Assembly: GCA_900545015.1 (NCBI GenBank)
Contig: UQXJ01000001.1
Location: 38,477-102,476, forward strand
Direction: 5' to 3'
Origin: an uncultured Mollicutes bacterium
Lineage (GTDB): Bacteria > Bacillota_I > Bacilli_A > RFN20 > CAG-826
Length of the DNA: 64,000 nucleotides
A program made the translations under genes and the position numbers. How positions within the stretch are numbered: position 1 is the stretch's first letter; each line of letters begins with the position of its first letter. The notes below the pieces were generated by a model. It worked only from the letters and a program-made list of their open reading frames with translations, was not told the DNA's origin and did not search any database. This document shows positions 1 through 7,900 of the stretch, piece by piece.

Positions 1-233
1 CAACAAAATCAATGATTAGAGATGCCTTATATAACGTCATGAATGATTTGACTGATCGTGAGGAAAGAGTATTAAGATTAAGATATGGTTTAGATGATAA
101 TAGACCAAGAACATTAGAAGAAGTTGGAAAAGAATTTGGAGTTACACGTGAAAGAATTCGTCAAATTGAGGCAAAAGCTATTAGAAAATTAAGACATCCA
201 ACTAGAACTAAAAAGTTAGATGATTTTCATTAA
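1..233 (+). CDS. sigA: RNA polymerase sigma factor RpoD/SigA, C-terminal fragment (region 4), 5'-truncated by window start
   Basis: Translation [51 protein letters not shown] is the canonical sigma-70 region 4.2 HTH; followed by trmK-nif3 as in B. subtilis sigA-yqfN-yqfO. Confidence 0.85.
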   Translation, partial: TKSMIRDALYNVMNDLTDREERVLRLRYGLDDNRPRTLEEVGKEFGVTRERIRQIEAKAIRKLRHPTRTKKLDDFH

Positions 234-237
234 TTAA

Positions 238-888
238 ATGATTTCTAAACGTATTAAACAAATAAAAAAGTATATACCATTAAATCAAGATGTCGCAGAT
301 GTAGGAAGTGATCACGGATTACTTTTGCGACTTCTTTTTGATGATGGATTTCCAAACAAAATGCTTGGAATCGAAAATAAAGAAGGACCATTTAGCAATT
401 TATCTAAGCTTGTAAAAGCTATTAATGCTGAAAATGTTTCTTGTGTTTTAAGCAATGGAATCGACTATCTTCCATCAAATTACAAAACTGTAGTTATAGC
501 TGGGATGGGTCTTGATACAATAAAAGCAATAATTAATAAAAACAAAGACAAAATTGATTTTATTAGTGATTTCATTATTGACTGCCACACATCGTACGAG
601 AAAGTAAGACCATTTTTTGTTGAACTCGGTTATCATGTTGCTGAGGAAACTATTATTTTTGAAGATAATATATATTACGAAATAATTCATTTTAAAAAAG
701 GTCCTCAAAATTATACTGCTCTTGAATTAACCTACGGTCCTATAATTCTTTTAGAAAAAAGTGAAAATTTTATTAATCGAAATAAGTTACTAATTAAAAA
801 AAATGAACTTATTTGTTCTAAAAGGCCAAATTCTGATAAATTAAGATTAAAAATACATGAATTAAAGCAAGTTTCGAACATCGAATAA
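238..888 (+). CDS. trmK: tRNA (adenine22-N1)-methyltransferase TrmK (YqfN family)
   Basis: ADVGSDHGLL SAM-binding motif near N-terminus, AGMG motif, size 216 aa, position directly after sigA as in Bacillus. Confidence 0.8.
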   Translation: MISKRIKQIKKYIPLNQDVADVGSDHGLLLRLLFDDGFPNKMLGIENKEGPFSNLSKLVKAINAENVSCVLSNGIDYLPSNYKTVVIAGMGLDTIKAIINKNKDKIDFISDFIIDCHTSYEKVRPFFVELGYHVAEETIIFEDNIYYEIIHFKKGPQNYTALELTYGPIILLEKSENFINRNKLLIKKNELICSKRPNSDKLRLKIHELKQVSNIE

Positions 889-910
889 GAGTATTTGTGA
901 GGTAAAACTG

Positions 911-1723
911 ATGAAAACCAATAGTTTAATATCAAAATTATCAAAAAAATATCCAAAACGTATTGCTGAATTTTACGACACACCAGGACTTCAGATTAAT
1001 AAATATAAAGAGTTTACTAACAATATTTTAATTTGCCTTGACTTTGATGAAACTGTTTATGATTACATTATTAACAATAAGTTAGAAGACAAGATTGATC
1101 TTATCATCACACATCACCCTTTTATATTTGGAAAATTAAAGAATGCTTTAAAAAATGTAGAAAAAGCTGAATTGTATCAAAAAATGTTATTTTTAAACAT
1201 TCCAATTGTGAGTTATCATACTAATTTTGATAATGCCATTAACGGAATGAATGATGCGATATGCGAAAAAATGAATTTTGAAGAAGTATTAATACCTGAA
1301 AATTGTCCAATGATGAGAATCGGAATGTTAAAAGAAGAAATGGATGTTAAATCTTTTTGCAAATATTTTCTTAGTGTCTTTAACCTAAATTACGGTTTGC
1401 TAATTAACGAAGGAACTAAAAAAATTAAAAAAATCGGCATCATCGGTGGCGGTGGATGGAGTTTTTATAAAGAAGCAAAAGAAAATGGATGTGACATCTA
1501 TATAAGTGGAGATGTTCCTCATCACGGAAGGCGAGAAATCATTTCTGCAAAATTTAATTATTTAGATGTCCCACACGAAATTGAAAATGCATTTATGAAT
1601 AAATTTAAAAGTGTACTTTTAGATATTAACAATGATCTTAATATCACAACATTCGTTCACGAGTTCCCGCCTGAATTAATTGAAATTAAAAAGACGCCTG
1701 TGCGTGCTTCCTATTATCAATAA
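911..1723 (+). CDS. Nif3-family dinuclear metal center protein (YqfO/GTP cyclohydrolase 1 type 2 homolog)
   Basis: HHPFIF, SYHTNFD and HHGRRE metal-binding motifs typical of Nif3/YqfO; synteny after trmK. Confidence 0.85.
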   Translation: MKTNSLISKLSKKYPKRIAEFYDTPGLQINKYKEFTNNILICLDFDETVYDYIINNKLEDKIDLIITHHPFIFGKLKNALKNVEKAELYQKMLFLNIPIVSYHTNFDNAINGMNDAICEKMNFEEVLIPENCPMMRIGMLKEEMDVKSFCKYFLSVFNLNYGLLINEGTKKIKKIGIIGGGGWSFYKEAKENGCDIYISGDVPHHGRREIISAKFNYLDVPHEIENAFMNKFKSVLLDINNDLNITTFVHEFPPELIEIKKTPVRASYYQ

Positions 1724-1745
1724 GAAGACTAGGCGTCTTTTATAT
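1691..1745. terminator. Candidate bidirectional hairpin (AAAGACGCCT...AGGCGTCTTT) between convergent nif3 and ispH-like genes, T-run follows
   Basis: 10-bp inverted repeat seen directly, followed by TTTTATATTT; loop is long (about 30 nt), so weak. Confidence 0.35.
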
Positions 1746-2678
1746 TTCTTGAATCTTAACTTTGTTTTCCTTATCTTGAGATTTAGGATCAATATCTTTG
1801 TAATAAAAATATCTATAAATTTCTTTTACTTTTTCAGCACTGACACTGCCATCGGATACTAGATATATTTTTTTGTTCTTATTAATATTCAATTGCATAG
1901 CTTCGATAACTGAAGTAATACAAGCATACATGACATCTTTTGTATTTAAATGATAATAATCTAATAAATATGAATCTGTTTTTTTAACTGACGAAACTAT
2001 TAAAAGAACATCGCCAGCTTTTAGATTCTCATCAATGACTTTCTTTTTTGAATAATTTTCATCGCTGATTTCATGTTGGATAGTAACGTTTGGCAAAAAG
2101 AACTTAATTTTGTTTAATACTGTTTTTAAATTTTCATCAGCTAATTCTGTTTGATAAATAACAGAAGTGCTCTTTTTGTTTAATTTATTTTTAAATTCAT
2201 AATCTTCTTTATTTAAAAAATCTTTAATATCAACAAAAATATATTTATGCCTTGTCGCGTAAGCAAGGTAACTCTCTTCAATAGTATTAACATTTCCAAC
2301 AAAAATTACTTTTTTCCAAGAAGGCTTTTTTAAAATATATTGTTGTTTTTTAATAATAAAAGGTGAAGTAGTATCAAAATATTGAATCTTTTTCTTTCTT
2401 AATAAGGCTAAAAGCCTCTTTTCACTTCCGTAAGGCGAGGTTAAAACAACTTTATCTTCATGAAGCGATTTAACATAATCATAAAACCCCTCATATGGAA
2501 TATCTACGATGGATATGTTAAGTTTTTTTAATTCTTTTTTAATTGAATCAGCATTAAGCAAGCCTCCAAGAAGAACAATTTCACTAAAAGGTTTTAATGT
2601 TCTAGCTTTTGTAGCTATTCTCAATAGATTTGTTAATGTTTCTGTATAACCAATTGGCTCTATTAAATTAATTTCCAT
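1740..2678 (-). CDS. IspH/LytB-fold protein (4-hydroxy-3-methylbut-2-enyl diphosphate reductase homolog) apparently lacking the three Fe-S cysteine ligands
   Basis: By-eye alignment to E. coli IspH: PIGYTETL vs PRGFCAGV, FDTTSPFIIKKQ vs FDATCPLVTKVH, GLLN vs VVHN, SPYG vs SAHG, IYQTELA vs MTQTTLS; similar length (312 vs 316 aa). Cys12, Cys96, Cys197, His41, His74 and His124 equivalents all look substituted. Confidence 0.5.
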   Translation of the reverse strand: MEINLIEPIGYTETLTNLLRIATKARTLKPFSEIVLLGGLLNADSIKKELKKLNISIVDIPYEGFYDYVKSLHEDKVVLTSPYGSEKRLLALLRKKKIQYFDTTSPFIIKKQQYILKKPSWKKVIFVGNVNTIEESYLAYATRHKYIFVDIKDFLNKEDYEFKNKLNKKSTSVIYQTELADENLKTVLNKIKFFLPNVTIQHEISDENYSKKKVIDENLKAGDVLLIVSSVKKTDSYLLDYYHLNTKDVMYACITSVIEAMQLNINKNKKIYLVSDGSVSAEKVKEIYRYFYYKDIDPKSQDKENKVKIQEI

Positions 2679-2692
2679 GTTATTAGTTTAAC

Positions 2693-2712
2693 ATTTTTAA
2701 TGAAAAATGTAT
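2693..2712. promoter_or_regulatory. Perfect 8-4-8 palindrome ACATTTTT-AATG-AAAAATGT in divergent promoter region
   Basis: Seen directly; lies between the starts of the ispH-like (-) and helicase (+) genes. Confidence 0.3.
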
Positions 2713-2734
2713 TAATTTTATATAAAATTAAAGA

Positions 2735-4093
2735 ATGAAATTTACAGCATTCAATTTAAAAAAAGAACTTATAGAAATTTTAAACGAACTAGGATATAAC
2801 GAAGCAACAAAAGTTCAAGAAGTCGTAATACCAGCAGCATTACGAAAAGAAAATTTATTAATAAAAGCGCAAACAGGTAGTGGAAAAACACACTCATTTT
2901 TAATTCCTATTTTAAATAACGTAGAATTTAATGGAAAATTACAAAGTTTAATTATCGTTCCATCACGTGAATTAGCAAAACAAACTTATGATTTTATTGA
3001 TGAAATCGCTAAATTTGATTTCTTTAAAAGACTTAAATACAAAGTATTTTTTGGAGGCAAAGAAAGTACAAAAGATCTTAAATCTTTTGAAAATGGATGC
3101 GAAATTGCTATTACGACCCCTGGTAGACTTAATTTTTTATTAAATTCTAACAATAATTTAGTTGAATCACTTAATACAATTATACTTGATGAAGTTGATA
3201 TGCTAATCGATGATACTTTTATAAATGAAATGAATGATATATTTAAAAAAGTACCAGGTGCAAATATTCAAGTATTTAGTGCAACATTCTCAAATAGAAG
3301 TCGTGATTTTTTAAATGATACTGTTAAATTTGATTTAGTAATTAATGATGAAAAAGACTTAGGAACATCTAAAACTGTTAATCATTTCTTTATAAACACA
3401 AAACATCAAGATAGAAACTTTTTGCTTAAAAAGTTTATTGAAATTAAAAATCCATTTTTACTTTTAGTTTTTGCATCTTCTAAAAAGGAAGTAAATAGAA
3501 TTTATTCATATTTATCACAAAATAGATTTAAATGTGGCATCATAAGTGGAGAATTAGAAGCACGTGAAAGGCGTTCAATGCTTAGAAGAATTAAAAATGA
3601 TGAATTTCAAATTGTTGTATGCTCTGATTTAGCAGCAAGAGGCATTGATATTGATAACGTTACTGATGTTTTAAATTACGATTTGCCAAATAACATCGAA
3701 TATTATTATCATAGAGCTGGAAGAACTGGACGTAATTTTAAGGACGGAAATTGTTATTCTTTTTATGATAATGATACTTTAAATATACCAACTAAATTGC
3801 TTGATCAAGGATTACAAGTTGAATATTTAAAATTTAGTGATGATAAATTAGTTCAAGATACACCTATAATTAAAGAAAAAGTAAGAAAGAAAAAGGTCGA
3901 CACTGAATTAGAAAGAGAAATTAAAAAAGCAAAATCTCAAGCAATGGGCAAGAGTGTCAAGCCTGGATATAAAAAGAAAGTTAAAAGAGCTATAGACAAA
4001 GTAAAAAGTAAACATAAGAGAGAAATTATTAAAAACGATATCAAGAGACAAAGAATTGAAAGATACAAAAAAGAAAGTAAATTAAATGGATAA
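2735..4093 (+). CDS. cshB: DEAD-box ATP-dependent RNA helicase with Lys-rich C-terminal tail (CshB-like by synteny)
   Basis: Motifs AQTGSGKT (I), PSRELA (Ia), TPGRL, DEVD (II, variant of DEAD), SAT (III), ARGID, HRAGRTGR (VI); followed by nfo as B. subtilis yqfR(cshB)-yqfS(nfo). Confidence 0.85.
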   Translation: MKFTAFNLKKELIEILNELGYNEATKVQEVVIPAALRKENLLIKAQTGSGKTHSFLIPILNNVEFNGKLQSLIIVPSRELAKQTYDFIDEIAKFDFFKRLKYKVFFGGKESTKDLKSFENGCEIAITTPGRLNFLLNSNNNLVESLNTIILDEVDMLIDDTFINEMNDIFKKVPGANIQVFSATFSNRSRDFLNDTVKFDLVINDEKDLGTSKTVNHFFINTKHQDRNFLLKKFIEIKNPFLLLVFASSKKEVNRIYSYLSQNRFKCGIISGELEARERRSMLRRIKNDEFQIVVCSDLAARGIDIDNVTDVLNYDLPNNIEYYYHRAGRTGRNFKDGNCYSFYDNDTLNIPTKLLDQGLQVEYLKFSDDKLVQDTPIIKEKVRKKKVDTELEREIKKAKSQAMGKSVKPGYKKKVKRAIDKVKSKHKREIIKNDIKRQRIERYKKESKLNG

Positions 4094-4961
4094 GCCCGTT
4101 TTTTGTATTTTTGCATCTTTTTGTGGGCCAGATTACCTTTTAAGATCTGCTTCGGAAACAATTTACGCTCATGGACAAGGTTATCACATATTTGCTGTTG
4201 GAAAATCTTATCGAAAATTTGTAAATAAAAATATTTGTAAAGCTAGAGAAGCACATAACTTAATGTATAAATTGCGCTATCCTGACGTTTATAACATTGT
4301 AAATGCACCATGCGGTATTAATTTAGCTAATTATAGTAACCCAAAAGTTTTAAAAACTTCAAAATGGTATATATTAAAAACTCTTTATAGAGCAAGAGCT
4401 TTTAAAGCAAGTAAGATATGCTTTTATCCTGGATTTCAAGCGAATAATGATAGAGAAGAAGCTAAAAAATGCTTTCTTAATTCAATGGCAGAAATTTTAG
4501 AATATATTCCAAAAGAAATAGGAATCCTACTAATTTTTCACCATAGATATACTAATGGACTTGGGAGAAGTTTGATTGAACTTAAAGAAATGATTGATAA
4601 AATAAACAATAAAAGAGTTCAAATTTTAATTTCTATTGATTCTCTTTATGCAAATCAATATGACTTTAATAGTTCAACAGCTTTGGTTGATCGACTTGAA
4701 AGCGAAATAGGACTAGATAATATATACGGTTTTATTGTAAACGATACTGAATTAGTAAATAAAAGCTTAAAAACCTATAAACCTAGAAATGTTGGTTTAG
4801 GTGAAATCGGATTTCAAAAATTAAGAGATTTTATTTATGAACCTCGTTTACAAGATAAAATTTTCTATTTAAAAACTCCAAAAATAAATAATAAGCAAGT
4901 TTATAGATATGAAATCAAAATGTTACAGGCTAACAAATTTGTTCCTGGATTATATAGGTAA
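4086..4961 (+). CDS. nfo: Endonuclease IV (Nfo) family TIM-barrel protein with most metal-ligand residues substituted, likely non-catalytic as an AP endonuclease
   Basis: C-terminus [23 protein letters not shown] matches Gram-positive Nfo [39 protein letters not shown] vs [19 protein letters not shown] vs [16 protein letters not shown] vs VLHINDSK; YLKTP vs ILETP; synteny with helicase. Overlaps helicase stop by 8 nt. Confidence 0.7.
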   Translation: [291 protein letters not shown]

Positions 4962-6026
4962 TTAGAACTTATCAATTTCTTCAAAAAGTGCATTTAATGC
5001 ATTTTTTTCATTAACTTCTCGAATAATTTTTCCTTTTTTAAAGATTGCATACATATTTTTGCCGCCAGCAAGACCTAAATCCGCATTTTTTCCTTCGCCG
5101 ATTCCATTAACAACACATCCCATAATAGCGACTTTAATATATTTTTTGTTTTTAACTAAAAATTTTAAAGTTTCATTAGCTAAAAAACTTAAATTTGTTA
5201 CTTGAGTTCTTCCACATGTTGGGCAGCTAATTATTGTTGGATAATTTTCATATAAGTCTAAATCGTGTAAAAGTCTAACACATGTTTCAACCTCTTTTTC
5301 AGGATTATGAGTAAGAGAAATTCTTATTGTTGAGCCAATACCGTCTAAAAGTAGTGGTGATAAAGCAGAAACAGAACGAATTATGCCAATCTCATCAAAT
5401 CCACTCTCGGTAACACCAATATGTAAAGGATATTTACAAATTTGCGCTAATTTTCTATATACAGAAATTGTTTTTAATGGGTTAGATGCTTTAGCGCTTA
5501 TTATTAAATTATAAAAATTCCTTTTTTCGAATTTTTCTATATATTTCAATGCGCTAGAAACCATTTTATCTTCATCACTTATAAGAGTATTATCTTGAAA
5601 TTCTTTCTCTAAAGACCCACTATTAACACCTATTCTAATTGCAACATTATATTTTGTTGCATATTTAACGAGTTCATCAAGCTTTTCATCGCTACCAAAA
5701 TTTCCTGGATTAATTCTTATTTTGTCTGCACCATTTTCAATAGCTAAAAGAGCTAATTTATAGTCAAAATGTATGTCGGCAACTAAAGGAATAGAAATTC
5801 CTTTTTTAATTTCTTTAATTGCTTTAGCATCAGATTCATCAAGTATACTAACTCTCATCAAGTCAGCACCGAGCAGTGCACAACGATTAATTTGTTTAAT
5901 TATTTCGGGAACATTACTGGTTTTAATGTCACACATTGATTGTATTTTTACAAGATTGTTACCACCAATTATTATATTTCCAACTTTTACTTCTGATGTT
6001 TGATTTCTAGTTATCATTTTGTGCAA
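4962..6026 (-). CDS. ispG: 4-hydroxy-3-methylbut-2-en-1-yl diphosphate synthase IspG (GcpE), MEP pathway
   Basis: Full-length homology to GcpE; CPTCGR and GCVVNGIGE Fe-S ligand motifs present; 354 aa Gram-positive-type size. Confidence 0.9.
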   Translation of the reverse strand: MHKMITRNQTSEVKVGNIIIGGNNLVKIQSMCDIKTSNVPEIIKQINRCALLGADLMRVSILDESDAKAIKEIKKGISIPLVADIHFDYKLALLAIENGADKIRINPGNFGSDEKLDELVKYATKYNVAIRIGVNSGSLEKEFQDNTLISDEDKMVSSALKYIEKFEKRNFYNLIISAKASNPLKTISVYRKLAQICKYPLHIGVTESGFDEIGIIRSVSALSPLLLDGIGSTIRISLTHNPEKEVETCVRLLHDLDLYENYPTIISCPTCGRTQVTNLSFLANETLKFLVKNKKYIKVAIMGCVVNGIGEGKNADLGLAGGKNMYAIFKKGKIIREVNEKNALNALFEEIDKF

Positions 6027-6053
6027 TTCGCCTCTTTAAAATATATAGAAAGA

Positions 6054-6071
6054 TTATCACAAATGTGATAA
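6054..6071. promoter_or_regulatory. Perfect palindrome TTATCACA-AA-TGTGATAA in ispG/rpmG divergent promoter, overlapping an extended -10-like TGATAAAAT
   Basis: Seen directly; 8-bp arms with 2-bp spacer; about 35 nt upstream of rpmG ATG. Confidence 0.35.
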
Positions 6072-6105
6072 AATACTCAAGCATTAATACGAAAGGAGTA
6101 AGAAT

Positions 6106-6255
6106 ATGCGTGATAACATTATTTTAAAGTGTACTGTCTGTGGTGAAGAACAATATATTACTTCAAAAAATAAGAAAAATAATCCTGATAGATTAGAAAA
6201 GAATAAATATTGCCCACATTGCAAAAAAGTTACAGTTTTCAAAGAAAAGAAGTAG
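6106..6255 (+). CDS. rpmG: 50S ribosomal protein L33 (Zn-ribbon C+ form), 49 aa, not in ORF track (<60 aa)
   Basis: Translation [49 protein letters not shown]; CxxC...CxxC; RBS AAAGGAG 8 nt upstream. Confidence 0.85.
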   Translation: MRDNIILKCTVCGEEQYITSKNKKNNPDRLEKNKYCPHCKKVTVFKEKK

Positions 6256-6258
6256 TCA

Positions 6259-6909
6259 ATGGTTAAAACTTTTAGATTTGATAATGACACTAAAGAATTC
6301 AGTGCTAATACATATGTAATAGGTGAAAAAGGTGGTCCTTGTATTGTAATAGACTTAGGTTCCACACAAACTAGAGTCATTTCTTATATAAAAGAAAATC
6401 ACACTTCATGCTTAGGGATATTATTAACCCATGGTCATTTTGATCATATAAGAGGGCTTAATAATTTCTTGAAAGAATTTAATTGTACTGTATTTATTGA
6501 TTTTAATGATAAGGATTTTTTAACAGATTCTAAATTGAACGGAAGTAAATATTCTGAAGAAAATCAAGTTATTGTCAAAACAACCAACATTTATGAGTTA
6601 GATGATGAGGATGAGATTAACTTTGGAAATGGATATCTATTCAAAGTCATTGAAACACCTTTTCATACAAATGGTAGTGTTTGTTATTTGTGTGAAAAAG
6701 AAAATGCCCTATTTTCAGGCGATACATTATTTAAAGGATCGATAGGTAGAACTGATTTGTCTACTGGAAGCGAAAGACTAGTCAATAGTTCTTTAAAAAA
6801 ATTATTAAACCTAAATCCTAAACTTGTTGTTTATCCTGGACATGGCGAAACAACAACATTAGAAAAAGAAATTAGCAGCAATCCTTATTTGGTTTCTGCA
6901 AAATATTAA
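6259..6909 (+). CDS. MBL-fold metallo-hydrolase (hydroxyacylglutathione hydrolase-like)
   Basis: THGHFDH motif, downstream His/Asp positions, 216 aa. Confidence 0.8.
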   Translation: MVKTFRFDNDTKEFSANTYVIGEKGGPCIVIDLGSTQTRVISYIKENHTSCLGILLTHGHFDHIRGLNNFLKEFNCTVFIDFNDKDFLTDSKLNGSKYSEENQVIVKTTNIYELDDEDEINFGNGYLFKVIETPFHTNGSVCYLCEKENALFSGDTLFKGSIGRTDLSTGSERLVNSSLKKLLNLNPKLVVYPGHGETTTLEKEISSNPYLVSAKY

Positions 6910-6922
6910 AAAGGAGAAAGAG

Positions 6923-7480
6923 ATGAACGTTACAGAATTAAGACCAGGTAACTATTTTGAAGAAGAAGGTAACTTATTTTTAGTCATTGATATCTTATTA
7001 AATAAGACAGCAATGAGAAAAATGGTTGCTAAAGTTAAAGTTAAAAACGTAAGAACTGGCGCAATCACTGAAATGAGTGCAAACAGTGGTTACCAAGTCG
7101 AAACAATCAGATTAGAAAAGAAAAAAATGGTCTATTTATACGAAAATGGTGAATTCCTTGTATTTATGGACAATGAAACTTACGAACAAATCGAAATTGA
7201 AAAAGCAAGACTTGAATGGGAATCAAAATTTTTAAAGGAAAACCAAGAAGTCGAAATCGTAACATATAACGATGAAATTTTAGGAATTAATTTACCAGCA
7301 AAAGTTACCCTTAAAGTAACTGCATGTGAACCAGCTGTTAGAGGCGACACAGTTAATAAGGCTATGAAAGATGCAACAGTTGAAACAGGCTTAAAGATCA
7401 GAGTACCATTATTTATTAATGAAGGCGATGATGTCTTAGTCAGAACAGATACTGGCGCATACGACGGTAGAGCTAACTAA
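6923..7480 (+). CDS. efp: Elongation factor P
   Basis: 185 aa, KOW-like N domain with conserved Lys loop (NKTAMRK), OB domains; RBS AAAGGAGAAAGAG upstream. Confidence 0.9.
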   Translation: MNVTELRPGNYFEEEGNLFLVIDILLNKTAMRKMVAKVKVKNVRTGAITEMSANSGYQVETIRLEKKKMVYLYENGEFLVFMDNETYEQIEIEKARLEWESKFLKENQEVEIVTYNDEILGINLPAKVTLKVTACEPAVRGDTVNKAMKDATVETGLKIRVPLFINEGDDVLVRTDTGAYDGRAN

Positions 7481-7495
7481 TAAGTAGGAACAAGA

Positions 7496-7714
7496 ATGAT
7501 AGAATGGTGGGGTGCTCTTCTCTGGTGTATATTTGCACTTATAATAGGGGCAGCAGTTGGATTCTTTGGAGCTAGAGCATTCTTTAAGAAACAATTAGAA
7601 AAGAATCCTCCAATCAACGAAAAAATGATTAGAGCTTTATATAGTCAAATGGGTAGAAAGCCTAGTGAAGCACAAATAAAGCAAATCATGAATAATGTAA
7701 ATAAAAATAAATAG
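7496..7714 (+). CDS. UPF0154 (YneF) family small membrane protein
   Basis: N-terminal TM helix then PPINEKMIRALYSQMGRKPSEAQIKQIM, the signature of the UPF0154 family. Confidence 0.7.
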   Translation: MIEWWGALLWCIFALIIGAAVGFFGARAFFKKQLEKNPPINEKMIRALYSQMGRKPSEAQIKQIMNNVNKNK

Positions 7715-7719
7715 TAAAT

Positions 7720-7756
7720 AAAAGCTTTCTGAACGAAAGCTTTTATTTTTTTATCA
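7720..7756 (+). terminator. Rho-independent terminator after UPF0154 gene
   Basis: AAAGCTTTC-tgaac-GAAAGCTTTT followed by ATTTTTTTAT. Confidence 0.65.
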
Positions 7757-7785
7757 TAGTCAAATTGATTTAATGCTATAGTCAA

Positions 7786-7816
7786 CTAAAAATACGATTA
7801 TTATCGTATTATTTTA
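7786..7816. terminator. Second bidirectional hairpin AATACGAT-tatt-ATCGTATT flanked by A-run/T-run, likely plsY terminator
   Basis: 8-bp perfect arms seen directly; CTAAAAA upstream and ATTTTAT downstream. Confidence 0.5.
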
Positions 7817-7856
7817 TATAGTAATAGTAGTTTTAAACTTTTCCACATTCATTTTT

Positions 7857-7900
7857 ATCTACTAATTATGTACTAGAAATCTACTAATTATCTACTAGTT
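7857..7900. repeat. Tandem 11-bp repeat array (4 units: ATCTACTAATT ATGTACTAGAA ATCTACTAATT ATCTACTAGTT) abutting plsY stop codon
   Basis: Seen directly; same unit recurs at 13615, 16311, 22061, 53601 and 60587. Confidence 0.7.

Noticed and set aside
475-983. Antisense ORFs 475-708(-) and 732-983(-) inside trmK
   Set aside because: Low-complexity, Phe/Ile/Asn-rich translations typical of the reverse strand of AT-rich coding DNA; trmK on the + strand has clear motifs
1680-1862. ORF 1680-1862(+) overlapping nif3 end and ispH-like gene
   Set aside because: Overlaps two well-supported genes and a hairpin; low-complexity translation
3937-4161. ORF 3937-4161(-) and other short antisense ORFs (9979-10167, 10462-10662, 12322-12555, 13032-13308, 14852-15055, 19303-19868, 22221-22481, 27575-27859, 32322-32636, 33337-33618, 35416-35661, 38016-38240, 38576-38818, 38975-39157, 40652-40873, 42283-42525, 42983-43186, 43874-44080, 44840-45028, 47119-47589, 48583-48801, 50895-51113, 52572-52921, 55251-55493, 57271-57776, 58832-59086)
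   Set aside because: All lie antisense or out of frame within strongly supported conserved genes and have low-complexity composition
5773-6380. ORFs 5773-6003(+) and 6084-6380(-)
   Set aside because: First is antisense within ispG; second overlaps the clearly real rpmG (L33) and MBL hydrolase genes on the opposite strand
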